Assembly (NCBI GenBank): GCA_963743915.1
Contig: CAVURN010000002.1
Span: 352,001 to 416,000, forward strand
Reading direction: 5' to 3'
Length of the DNA: 64,000 bases
DNA from: an uncultured Actinomycetota bacterium
GTDB taxonomy: Bacteria; Actinomycetota; Actinomycetes; JAHEKZ01
The notes beneath the pieces are model-generated. The model had not been told where the DNA came from and did no database searches. It saw only the letters and a list, made by a program, of their open reading frames with translations. Of the stretch, positions 35,264 through 44,835 are shown in pieces. The position numbers and the translations under genes are program-made. The first letter of the stretch is position 1. Each line of letters opens with the position of its first letter.

Positions 35264-35859
35264 CAGGCTGCTCCCCCCGACTGGGACGCCGGCGGCGAGT
35301 CGTCCTCGGCGCCACCGATCACGACGGCGTCGCGGCCGTCCGTCTCCGCGACGAGCACCTGCACGTTCTCGCGGGTGGAGGTCGGGAGGTTCTTGCCCAC
35401 GTAGTCCGCACGGATGGGCAGCTGGCGGTGGCCACGGTCCACCAGGACTGCGAGCTGCACCGCGCGCGGTCGGCCGAGCTCGCTCAGGGCGTCGAGCGCG
35501 GCGCGGATCGAGCGACCGGAGAAGAGGACGTCGTCGACCAGGACCACGATCGCGTCGTCGATGCCGCCCGGTGGCAGCTCGGTGCGACCGAGCCCGCGCG
35601 CAGGGCGCATCCGCAGGTCGTCGCGGTACATCGTGATGTCGAGGCTGCCCACCGGCACCGAGGTGCCCTCGACGTCTCCGATCCGCGCAGCCAGACGCTG
35701 CGCGAGCGGGACACCGCGGGTGGGGATTCCGAGCAGGACGAGCGACTGGGCGCCCTTGTTGCGCTCGAGGACTTCATGGGCGATACGGGTCAGCGCACGC
35801 TGGACGTCGTCGGCGTCGAGGACCTCGCGGTCGTCGGCGCCGGTCTCGGACCGGACCAT
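35263..35859 (-). CDS. pyrR: Bifunctional pyr operon regulator / UPRTase
   Basis: [42 protein letters not shown]. Confidence 0.97.
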   Translation of the reverse strand: MVRSETGADDREVLDADDVQRALTRIAHEVLERNKGAQSLVLLGIPTRGVPLAQRLAARIGDVEGTSVPVGSLDITMYRDDLRMRPARGLGRTELPPGGIDDAIVVLVDDVLFSGRSIRAALDALSELGRPRAVQLAVLVDRGHRQLPIRADYVGKNLPTSTRENVQVLVAETDGRDAVVIGGAEDDSPPASQSGGAA

Positions 35860-35863
35860 GGCG

Positions 35864-35903
35864 GACCTCCTTTCCCGCCTCACCGGACGGACTTAAAGGA
35901 CGT
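35864..35903 (-). promoter_or_regulatory. PyrR binding site overlapping the pyrR Shine-Dalgarno
   Basis: Minus strand CCTTTAAGTCCGTCCGGTGAGGCGGGAAAGGAGG resembles the PyrR loop consensus (UUUAA...GUCCnGnGAGG...AAAG). Confidence 0.8.
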
Positions 35904-36053
35904 CGAACACCCTCACCCTAGCGAACCCTCCGCCGCACCGATCAGCGGGCGGGGGCGGACGCCGGCCACGCTCTGCAACCAGCCCGGCGCGTCCATTCGG
36001 GGGAATGTCCCCTCAGGGCGGGGACGTCTTGGGCCATACCGCTTGACGCGGTG

Positions 36054-36083
36054 GTCACTCTCCGTGACGCTACTCTCCGTGAC
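36054..36083 (+). promoter_or_regulatory. Two tandem 15-bp BldD-box-like sites upstream of bldD
   Basis: GTCACTCTCCGTGAC and GCTACTCTCCGTGAC versus consensus NTNACNCWGNGTNAN; TTGACG at 36043-36048. Confidence 0.65.
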
Positions 36084-36226
36084 CGATTCTCGGGGCCCAG
36101 TGTCGGTCACCGCACGCGATGCGTGCGGAGGGTGACCACGGCACGGCCGGTGCGGACTGCATCGCGGCGTTCCGGGGTCATCGGGGGGATCCGACCGTGC
36201 GGTCGGGTCGGACGAAAGGTGCAGGA

Positions 36227-36718
36227 GTGACCGACTACGCCAAGGCGCTCGGGGCGCGTCTCCGGGCCATTCGACAGCAGCAGGGCCTCTCGCTCCACGG
36301 GGTGGAGGAGAAGTCGCAGGAGAAGTGGAAGGCCGTCGTCGTGGGCTCGTACGAGCGCGGCGACCGCGCCGTCACCGTCCAGAAGCTCGCCGAGCTCGCC
36401 GACTTCTACGGCGTCCCGGTCAGCGAGCTGCTCCCCGACAACAGCCCGGCGGCGGCCGCAGAGCCTCCGCCGCGCCTCGTGATCGACCTCGAGCAGCTCA
36501 GCCAGGTGCCGGCCGAGAAGGCCGGTCCCCTCGCCCGGTACGCGCAGACCATCCAGAGCCAGCGCGGCGACTACAACGGCCGCATCCTGTCCATCCGGCA
36601 GGAGGACCTGCGCACCCTCGCCGTCATCTACGACCAGTCGCCCGGGGCGCTCACCGAGCAGCTCATCAGCTGGGGCGTCCTCAACCCCGAGGCACGCCGC
36701 GCACTCCCGCTCGACTGA
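36227..36718 (+). CDS. bldD: BldD family transcriptional regulator
   Basis: YAKALGARLRAIRQQQGLSLHGVEEKS..WKAVVVGSYERGDRAVTVQ; c-di-GMP motif RGD-x8-RQED; divergent from pyrR. Confidence 0.93.
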   Translation: MTDYAKALGARLRAIRQQQGLSLHGVEEKSQEKWKAVVVGSYERGDRAVTVQKLAELADFYGVPVSELLPDNSPAAAAEPPPRLVIDLEQLSQVPAEKAGPLARYAQTIQSQRGDYNGRILSIRQEDLRTLAVIYDQSPGALTEQLISWGVLNPEARRALPLD

Positions 36719-36731
36719 CGGCCACAGCCGC

Positions 36732-36799
36732 CGAGTGGTGCGCTCCCACCATTTCAGGCCGCCTGCGGGGGCCAGATCTGCCTGGAGCGCACCTCTCGA
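36732..36799. repeat. 68-bp palindromic element, copy 1
   Basis: CGAGTGGTGCGCTCC...GGAGCGCACCTCTCG inverted arms; homologous to 37943-38010. Confidence 0.85.
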
Positions 36800-37841
36800 C
36801 TGTGACGTTCCCGCCCGAGCACCACGAGTCCCGGAGGCGGGCGCCAGGGCTCACGCCGCCGTTGCTGCGCCCTCCTGCGCCAGCGGTCCATGAGTCCGTC
36901 TGCGTCGTGCCGCACCTCAGCGTCGCTCCAGCGCACGACGTGCAGGCCGGCCACGGTCTCCAGCCACTCCTGGCGCCGCTTCTCTGCGTACAGAGCGCCG
37001 GACGCTTGCGCTGGCACAGCCGGGGGCTCCAGCGTCTCGTCGTACTTGAGCCGGCCATCAGCCTCACCCGCGATGCCGAGGTGCAGCCACAGGTCGTCCG
37101 GACGGAACTCGACACCCTCGAAGCGGATGACGGGGTTGCAGTGCGGCATCGGCGCACCACGAACCAGCAGCTCACCGCGACCTCGTGACTCCAACGGAGA
37201 CTCCGAGCAAGCGTCAGACCACATCAGGGTCCGCCTGGCACGGACGCACCCTCGGACCGGGCCGCGTGTCTCCAGCATCACCTGCATGAGGTCTCGATCC
37301 GCCCCGCGCGCGAGCGCAGCGTCGACGGTGACCAGCGCCTGCGGCTCGGGGAGGTCGACGGCGATGTCGACGGCGGTGCGTTCGAGGGTGGTGACCGCCA
37401 GACCTTCATGGACCACGACCGGTGGCGGAGTCACCGAGCGCAGGGTCCGCACGCCGACGAGTTGACAGGTGTTCCGAGGCCGCAACACTTCGGGACGGGG
37501 TGGGATCCCCGACACGGGAAGACCCCAGACCAGCGCGGCCGAGCGGAGACCCGCCACCGCCAAAGGGCTGACGGCAAGGGCGGCCGCCAGACGAGTCAGG
37601 TGGTCGCGGCGACCCGCCACCCAGACGTCGCGGACCGATCCCGAGGGCCGCGCTCCGCATGTGCAGGGGACAGGACGTACCGACCCCTTTCGACCCGCAC
37701 CAGCTGACCACGACGCACCAGGCGTGCGATGTCGTGGTCGGCCAGCCCGGCGCTGGTCAGCTCCGACGCCGTGATGGCCCCTCCGCGTACGGACATGCGT
37801 CGCAGTACATGGGGTGGGAGATCTCCGGGACGTGGAGGCAT
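36754..37841 (-). CDS. AbiEi-like winged-HTH plus PD-(D/E)XK-like (DUF559/Vsr-type) nuclease-domain protein (frameshift ~37650)
   Basis: N-terminus GGAITASELTSAGL...LVRRGQLVRVERGRY; SAALVWGLP, VTTLERTAVD, ALVTVDAAL, SESPLESR, RPDDLW...GEADGRLKY, EKRRQEWL...VVRW. Confidence 0.78.
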
Positions 37842-37942
37842 CGCGACACCATGCCCGGCGGTGCCGTCCCGTGTCCGGAGAACTTCCCTTGCTGTGGATG
37901 ACGAGGGCCACGCGTGACCACGCGCCGGCCACTACCAGGTGT

Positions 37943-38010
37943 CGAGTGGTGCGCTGCACGCATCAGGGCCGCGTTGAAGACGTCGAATCTGCGTGGAGCG
38001 CGCCATTCGA
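37943..38010. repeat. 68-bp palindromic element, copy 2
   Basis: (T)CGAGTGGTGCGCT-G-CACGCA...TGCGTG-G-AGCGCGCCATTCGA; same length and orientation as copy 1. Confidence 0.85.
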
Positions 38011-38028
38011 GGATGGCGCGCGGGGACG

Positions 38029-39505
38029 TCAGCGGGGGTAGCCCGATCGCCTCGTCGTCGAGCGGGCCGGTGTACGCCGGTGCTGCACCGGCCACGGCAT
38101 CGCCGATCCGGTGCACGCGCATCGCGTTCGTCGATCCGGGGATGCCCGGAGGGCTGCCGGCGACGATCGTGACGTGATCACCGATGGAGCACCGGTCGAA
38201 CTCCAGCAACCGTGCCTCGACCTGGCGCACCATGTGGTCGGTGTGTGTCACCGGATCGACCAGGTAGCTCTCGACGCCCCAGGTCAACGACAGCTGGTTG
38301 CGCACCTGGGGGTCAGGAGTGAAGGCCAGGAGCGGCACCGACGAGCGGTACCGCGCGAGGACCGTGGGCGTGCGCCCGGTCTCGGTGAACGCGACGAGGA
38401 ACTTCGCGCCGAGCTGGTTGGCGACGTGGACCGCCGCCCGGCAGATGGCGTCCCCCTTGGTGGTCGGCAGCCCCTCGACCCGCGGGATGCGGTCGAGTGC
38501 GGTGTCCTCGATCGACTCGATGATGCGTCCCATCGTCGCCACGGACTCGATGGGAAAGCGTCCGATGCTCGTCTCTCCGGAGAGCATGAGGGCGTCCGCG
38601 CCGTCGAGGATGGCGTTGGCGACGTCGGACGCCTCCGCCCGGGTGGGCCGGGACGCACTGATCATCGACTCGAGCATCTGCGTGGCGACGATGACCGGCC
38701 GACCCTTCTCGCGGGCCAGGCTCACGGCGTGCTTCTGCACCAGTGGCACCTGCTCGAGCGGAAGCTCGACGCCGAGGTCGCCGCGGGCGACCATGATGCC
38801 GTCGAAGGCGTCGAGGATCTGCGGAAGGTGGGCGACGGCCTGGGGCTTCTCGATCTTGGCGATCACCGGTCGGTGGATGCCCTCGTCGTCCATCACCTCG
38901 AGCACCGGGTCGACGTCCTGAGCCGTCCGCACGAAGGAGAGCGCCACCAGGTCGACCCCCTGACCCAGGGCCCAGCGCAGGTCGTCGACGTCCTTGTCGG
39001 ACACCGCCGGGACGCTGACCATCGCGCCCGGAAGGTTGATGCCCTTGGCGTCGGAGAGCGTGCCGCCCTCGACCACGCGGGTGATGACGGCCCGGCCCTC
39101 GACCGCCTCGACCCGTAGCAGCACCCGACCGTCGTCGACCAGGATCGGGTCCCCCGCCGCGACGTCGTCGGCCAGGCCGCCGTGGGTCGTGGAGACCATC
39201 TCCTGGTCCCCCGGGACGTCCTCGGCGGTGATCACGAAGCGGGCTCCCGGGCGGAGCAGCACCGACCCGTTCGCGAACCGTCCGAGCCGGATCTTCGGGC
39301 CCTGGAGGTCCGCCAGCACGCCCACGGCGCGTCCGCTCGCCTCAGCGGCCTGCCGCACCAGGGCGATCGACCGCGCGTGGTCGGCGTGGGTGCCGTGGCT
39401 GAGGTTGATGCGCGCCACGTCGAGGCCGGACTCGACCAGCGCCGCAACCGTGCCCAGCGTGCTGGACGCGGGGCCCAGGGTCGCGATGATCTTGGCCCGG
39501 CGCAT
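38029..39505 (-). CDS. pyk: Pyruvate kinase (probable extra base in the G5 run at 38034-38038 hides the stop at 38029)
   Basis: MRRAKIIATLGP, DLQGPKIR, AKIEKPQA, MVARGDLGVE, ATQMLESM, MLSGET. Confidence 0.96.
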
Positions 39506-39551
39506 GCGCCGAACACTACCGAGGGGCGGGTCCGGGAGGCGGACACCACCC

Positions 39552-39580
39552 TTGTCATTCGAACAGATGTTCGATACCCT
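39552..39580 (+). promoter_or_regulatory. sigmaA-type promoter with a LexA SOS box filling the spacer
   Basis: TTGTCA (39552-39557), 17 bp spacer, TACCCT (39575-39580); TCGAAC-AGAT-GTTCGA at 39559-39574. Confidence 0.9.
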
Positions 39581-39686
39581 GAACTCGTCGCACGAACGCC
39601 TCCGCGCGGGGCGCCCACTTCCTGACAGCAGCTGACGCGGTCCTCCGCACCCGGTGAGCGACACCCTCCTCCCCCCGGAGTGTGCG

Positions 39687-40968
39687 ATGTCCGAACCGTC
39701 CCCCTTGGCCCGCTGGGAGGCCCCGTGGCAGCCGCCGCCGGGTCTGCGGCCCGCGCCGACCGCACCACGCTCCCCGGCTCGACCCGCTCGAGCGGGCGGT
39801 GACAGCCGCCCTCGACCTCGACGTCGACACCGCGCCTCCCCGTCAGCTCGCCGACGAGGTGGTCGAGCTCTTTCGCCAGGTCGACCGCCTGACGGCAGCA
39901 GCCCTGGACCGGCTGGCCCGCGTCGACGCGCACGGCGTCGCGGCGTCGGAGTCCGGCACGACCACTGCGTCCTGGTTGCGGCACCACACCGGTCTGCCGT
40001 CCGGAACGTCCTCGGACCTGGTGCGGGCGGCGCGGGTCGTGCGCGAACAGCTGCCGGCGACCCGTGAGGCCCTGCGCTCCGGTGAGGTCACCGCGCAGCA
40101 TGCCCGCACCATCTGTCGGACCGTGCACCTCGTCGACACGCACAGCCGTCCTGAGGTCGCTGCGCAGGCAGCGGCCGCCGTCGAGGACGTCCTCCTCACC
40201 GTGGCCAAGGCGGTCGATGCCGGTTCGCTCACGGGGTTCGCCACACGCGTTCGCCAGGTGGTCGATCCGCAGGGCGCTCTGGCTGACGCCGCACGCGCCC
40301 ACGAGAGGCGTTGGCTGAACACGGCGAAGACCGTCGACGGCATGGTGAGTGTCGACGGGCTGCTCGACCCGGAGTCGGGATCGCTCGTCCTGACGGCCTT
40401 GTCCGCGGCCTCGGGTCAACGGGGTCCCGACGACCGCCGGAGCGCCCCGCAGCGTCGTGCCGACGCCCTGGTGGAGGTCTGCCAGCACGCCCTCGACACC
40501 GGAGCCGAGCCCCACCAGGGCGGAGTCCGTCCCCACCTCCTGGTGACGGCGCCACTGTCGGCGTTGACCGGTTCGGCCACGTCCTCGACGGACTCCGGTC
40601 CGGAGGCAGCGTGGACCGGGCCCCTGACCACAGAGGCAACCCGGCGGATCGCCTGCGACGCGTCGGTCACCCGCATCGTGCTCGAGCCCGACTCACTCCC
40701 CCTCGACGTCGGTCGCTCGACCCGCACCGTCCCCCAACACCTCCGGCACGCCCTCCTCGTCCGCGACGGTGGTTGCGTCGCGGAAGGATGTGACCGGCCA
40801 CCGGCCTGGACCGAGGCGCACCACGTGGTGCACTGGGCGGAGGGCGGCGCGACCGCCCTCGACAACCTGGTGCTGCTCTGCCGCGCCCACCACCGCAAGG
40901 TGCACGAGGACGACTGGCAGTTCGAGCAGCTCGGTGCTCGCTGGCGACTCGTCCCCCCGCCGCCGTGA
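39687..40968 (+). CDS. DUF222 (13E12-repeat family) HNH endonuclease domain protein (likely ATG 39687 with 1-nt insertion ~39770; in-frame ORF from 39682)
   Basis: RSAPQRRADALVE, RRIACDASVTRIV, LDVGRSTR, RDGGCVAEGCDRPPAWTEAHHVVHWAEGGATALDNLVLLCRAHHRKVH; GGAG 6 nt before ATG 39687. Confidence 0.9.
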
Positions 40969-40974
40969 GCGATC

Positions 40975-41700
40975 TCAGCCGACGCCGGCACCGACCAGCG
41001 ACCCCACACCCCAGGTGACCGCGGCCGCGATCCCACCGAGGGCGAGCTGACGCGTGCCGGAGTAGAACCAGGAGCGGACGGTGAGCCGCGACACGAGCAC
41101 GCCCACGGCGAAGAGCGCCACGACCGACATCACCAGCGCCGGGATCAGCGACGTGGCTCCGAGCAGGTACGGCACCAGCGGGATCAGCGCGCCGACGGCG
41201 AAGGCGAGGAAGCTGGAGATGGCGGCCGTGACGGGTGACGGCAGGTCGAAGGGGTCGACGCCGAGCTCCTCGCGGACATGCACCTCCAGCGCGTTCTGCG
41301 GGTCGCGGGAGATCTCGCGCGCCACCTGTGCGGCCAGCTCGGGGCCGAGGCCGCGTCGCTCGTACGTGTCGGCCAGCTCGCGCTCCTCGGCCTCCGGTCG
41401 CACCTGCAGCTCGTGGCGCTCCAGCTCGATCTCCGCCATGGCCAGCTCGCTCTGGGAGGCGACGCTGACGTACTCGCCGACTGCCATCGAGGCCGCGCCT
41501 GCCACCAGACCGGCGAGACCGGCGATGACGACAGCCGTCGAGTCGGCTCCGGCCGCCGCGGAGCCGGCCGCGACACCGGCGATCAGCGCGAAGTTCGACA
41601 CCAGGCCGTCGCTGGCGCCGAAGACCGCAGGACGCAGCCAACCTCCCGTGACGTCACGGTGTGCATGGTGGACCTCGAACCTACGTTCCTCGTCGCTCAC
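40975..41700 (-). CDS. VIT1/CCC1 family transporter
   Basis: WLRPAVFGASDGLVSN, AGAASMAVGEYVSV; the start may instead be ATG 41733. Confidence 0.92.
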   Translation of the reverse strand: MSDEERRFEVHHAHRDVTGGWLRPAVFGASDGLVSNFALIAGVAAGSAAAGADSTAVVIAGLAGLVAGAASMAVGEYVSVASQSELAMAEIELERHELQVRPEAEERELADTYERRGLGPELAAQVAREISRDPQNALEVHVREELGVDPFDLPSPVTAAISSFLAFAVGALIPLVPYLLGATSLIPALVMSVVALFAVGVLVSRLTVRSWFYSGTRQLALGGIAAAVTWGVGSLVGAGVG

Positions 41701-42583
41701 CGCGTCCCTCTCCGTGGTCGGTCGTCGCTCCATCCTCTCCCCTGTCGGGATCTGCCGCGCGGTCACCCAGCAGCTCCGCCGGGGCCTCGCGACCGGGGCG
41801 CTTCCTGGCCGACAGCATCAGGTAGACCACCGCGCCGACGAAGACGAGCAGCGACACCCACACGTTGACGCGCAGACCGGCAACCTCGTTGGCGGGGTCG
41901 ATACGGATCAGCTCGATCGGGAACCGCACCACCGTGTAGAGGGCCACGTAGAGGGCGAAGACCCGTCCGTGACCCAGCCGCCACCGCCGGTCCACCAGCA
42001 CGAGCACCCCAGCGACGGCGAGCATCCAGAGCGACTCGTACAGGAAGGTGGGGTGGAACGTGCTGACGTCGAGGTACTGGGCGGGACGGTGGTCCAGGTC
42101 GATCTCGACCGCCCAGGGAAGCGTGCTGGGCGTCCCGAACAGCTCCTGGTTGAACCAGTTGCCCCACCGGCCCACCGCCTGCGCCACTGCGAGTCCCGGG
42201 GCCAGGGCATCCCCGAACGGGGGCAGCGGGATCCCCCGCCGCCGCAGCGCGATCCAAGCCCCCACTCCCCCGAGCGCGACCGCCCCCCAGATCCCGAGCC
42301 CACCCTTCCAGATCATCAGCGCCTCGAGGGGGTCGCCGCCGTCGCCGAAGTACGCCTGGGGCGAGGTGAGGACGTGGTAGAGACGCCCCCCGACGATGCC
42401 GAACGGCACCGCCCACACCGCGGTGTCCGCGACCACCCCCGCCTCCCCGCCACGGGCGCGCCACCGGCGCTCGCCGATCCAGATCGCCAGCGCGATTCCC
42501 ACGATGATGGACAGGGCGTAGCCCCGCACCGGGAAGAACCCCAGGTACCAGACGCCCTCGCTGGGGCTCGGGATGGACAGCAT
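41681..42583 (-). CDS. lgt: Prolipoprotein diacylglyceryl transferase
   Basis: GGRLYHV, GGLGIWG, QAVGRWGNWFNQELFG, HPTFLYES. Confidence 0.96.
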   Translation of the reverse strand: MLSIPSPSEGVWYLGFFPVRGYALSIIVGIALAIWIGERRWRARGGEAGVVADTAVWAVPFGIVGGRLYHVLTSPQAYFGDGGDPLEALMIWKGGLGIWGAVALGGVGAWIALRRRGIPLPPFGDALAPGLAVAQAVGRWGNWFNQELFGTPSTLPWAVEIDLDHRPAQYLDVSTFHPTFLYESLWMLAVAGVLVLVDRRWRLGHGRVFALYVALYTVVRFPIELIRIDPANEVAGLRVNVWVSLLVFVGAVVYLMLSARKRPGREAPAELLGDRAADPDRGEDGATTDHGEGRGERRGT

Positions 42584-42597
42584 GGAGCGGACGCCGC

Positions 42598-43437
42598 CTA
42601 CTGGGCGGCGATCGCCTCGTCGAGGGTCTTCTCGAACGCGGCAAGGTCGTCGACCTTCTTGCCGTCGATGAGCACGGTCGGCGTCGACGTGATGCCCGCG
42701 TCGAGCTGGCTGCTGGCCACCTGCGCGACCCAGTCGCTGTACGGCTGGTCGCGCACACACGACTCCCAGGTGTCGCCCTCGAGGCCCACCTCGTTGCCCA
42801 TCGCGATCAGCGCGTCCGCATCCCACGCCTCCTGCCCCGGGTTCTCCTCCGGCTGGTTCGCGTAGACCGTCAGGTGGAAGTCGAGGGCTTCGGTCTGGCC
42901 GACGTCGGCCGCGCAGCCGAAGGCGTTGGCGGCCAGCTTCGACGACGAGTTCCCCAGGTTCTGGTCCAGGAAGGAGAGCGGGTGGATCGTCATCGTCACG
43001 TCACCGCTGTCGACCTTGTCACGCAGCGTCTGGCCGAACTGCGCCTCGAACGCCTTGCACGACGGGCACTGGAAGTCCTCCCACAGGTCCACCTCGACCG
43101 GACCGTCGCCCGCGACGACGCCGCCCCCCTGCTCCTCGACGAGCGCCGGCAGGTCGGCCGTGGTCGGCGCGTCGTTCTGGTTGGACGCCCACCACGCGTA
43201 CCCGACGATGCCGACGACCACCACGACGACCACCACCGCGATGAGCACGTTCGAGGTCTGCCGTTTCCGGCGGTCCGCCTGGGCCTGACGCTGCCGCTCG
43301 CTGGCCAGTCGGTCCCGCGCGGCCCGCTTGCCTCCGCCGCGCCTGCTGGCTGCCCTTCTTGCCGCCGCCCTCACCTCGCCCACGCTTGCCGCCGTCGACG
43401 GGTCTCGGCCCTCGCGGGTGCGCTTGTCCTCGGTCAC
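42598..43437 (-). CDS. DsbA family thioredoxin-fold membrane protein
   Basis: TM helix; EDFQCPSC; STPTVLIDG. Confidence 0.88.
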   Translation of the reverse strand: MTEDKRTREGRDPSTAASVGEVRAAARRAASRRGGGKRAARDRLASERQRQAQADRRKRQTSNVLIAVVVVVVVVGIVGYAWWASNQNDAPTTADLPALVEEQGGGVVAGDGPVEVDLWEDFQCPSCKAFEAQFGQTLRDKVDSGDVTMTIHPLSFLDQNLGNSSSKLAANAFGCAADVGQTEALDFHLTVYANQPEENPGQEAWDADALIAMGNEVGLEGDTWESCVRDQPYSDWVAQVASSQLDAGITSTPTVLIDGKKVDDLAAFEKTLDEAIAAQ

Positions 43438-44000
43438 CGGTGCGGCTCCTCTGCTGCCTCTGGGTCTGCTGGCTCGTCTGATTCTGCTTCGTCGTCCCAC
43501 TCGTCGTAGAGGCCGAGGTCCCCCGTGCCCGCCGCACCTCTGCGGTCCACGGCCCAGGCGCTGCTCGGGAAGACCACCAGCCACGCCGCCATCAGCGTGA
43601 ACCCGAGGTCGCGCAGGACCACCGGCAGGTAGCTCGCCTCGCCCTCGGGGACGGCGCCCCCGCCACCGAAACAGCCGCAGTCGATCGACAGACCACGGGC
43701 CCACGCCGACACCACACCGACGACGAAGGCTGTCATCAACGCGCCGGTGAAGATCGCCATGAGCCGGGTGGCGATGCCGAGGACGAGAGCGATCCCGATC
43801 GCGACCTCGAGCAGCGGCAGCGCGTAGCCGACCAGCTCCCCCGCTCGCGGCGGCAGGATCTGGTACGCCTGGACCGCCTGCGCCGCCTGCACCGGCTCGG
43901 TGATCTTCAGGCCACCGGCCACGATCAGGACGCCACCGAGGCCGACCCTCACCAGCGTGGAGATCCACTCCTGGACCCGGGAACCGGTGAAGCGCCTCAC
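43434..44000 (-). CDS. MauE/DoxX family membrane protein
   Basis: AVQAYQILP, ARGLSIDCGCFG. Confidence 0.88.
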   Translation of the reverse strand: MRRFTGSRVQEWISTLVRVGLGGVLIVAGGLKITEPVQAAQAVQAYQILPPRAGELVGYALPLLEVAIGIALVLGIATRLMAIFTGALMTAFVVGVVSAWARGLSIDCGCFGGGGAVPEGEASYLPVVLRDLGFTLMAAWLVVFPSSAWAVDRRGAAGTGDLGLYDEWDDEAESDEPADPEAAEEPHR

Positions 44001-44835
44001 CTGGCCCCGCCCACCGTCTGGGACGCGGAGCGATCGATCCCGGCACGCAACGCACGGGCCAGCGCGCGGACCCGCTCCACGCCCTCCTCCTCGTCGGGCG
44101 CGTCGAGCAGGGCGCGCACGAACGCCGAGCCCACGATGACCCCGTCCGCGAAGCGGGCCACGTCGGCGGCCTGCTCCCCGGTCGAGACCCCCAGTCCCAC
44201 GCAGACGGGAAGGTCGGTGACCGCCCGGGTGCGGGCCACCAGTGATTCAGCGGCGGGACCGACCTGATCACGCGCGCCGGTGACCCCCATCACCGCGGCG
44301 GCGTAGACGAAGCCGGAGGACGCGGCGGTGGTCAGCGCGATCCGCTCGGCGGTCGAGGACGGAGCGACCAGGAAGATCCGTCGAGAGCTGTGCGGTGCTG
44401 CTGGCCTCGATCCACGCCCCGGCCTCGTCAGGGGTGATGTCGGCGGTGATGACGCCGCAGCCGCCGGCCTCCGCGAGCTCGGCGGCGAACCGGGCGACGC
44501 CGTACCGCTCGATCGGGTTCCAGTAGCTCATCACCATCGTGGGGGCACCGGTCGCCGCGACCTGCGCGACGGTGGCCATCACGTCGGCGGTGGTGACGCC
44601 GCCCGGCCAGTGCACGGTCCACGGCCGCCTGGATCGTCGGACCGTCGAGCAGCGGGTCGGAGTAGGGCAGCCCCACTTCGAGGGCGTCCACGCCGCCCTC
44701 GACCATCGCCGACATCGCCGCGACCGAACCGCTCACCGAGGGGAACCCGGCCGGCAGGTAGCCGATCAGCGCCGCGCGCCCCTCCGCACGGGTGCGCGCG
44801 AAGAGCTGGGACAGCGCGGTGCCATGGGTGCTCAC
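43997..44835 (-). CDS. trpA: Tryptophan synthase alpha chain (frameshifts ~44615 and ~44385)
   Basis: [49 protein letters not shown]. Confidence 0.93.

Noticed and set aside
37757-38030. Long C-terminal extension of pyruvate kinase
   Set aside because: Explained by one extra base in the G5 run at 38034-38038; the extension would run through a palindrome and into the next gene.
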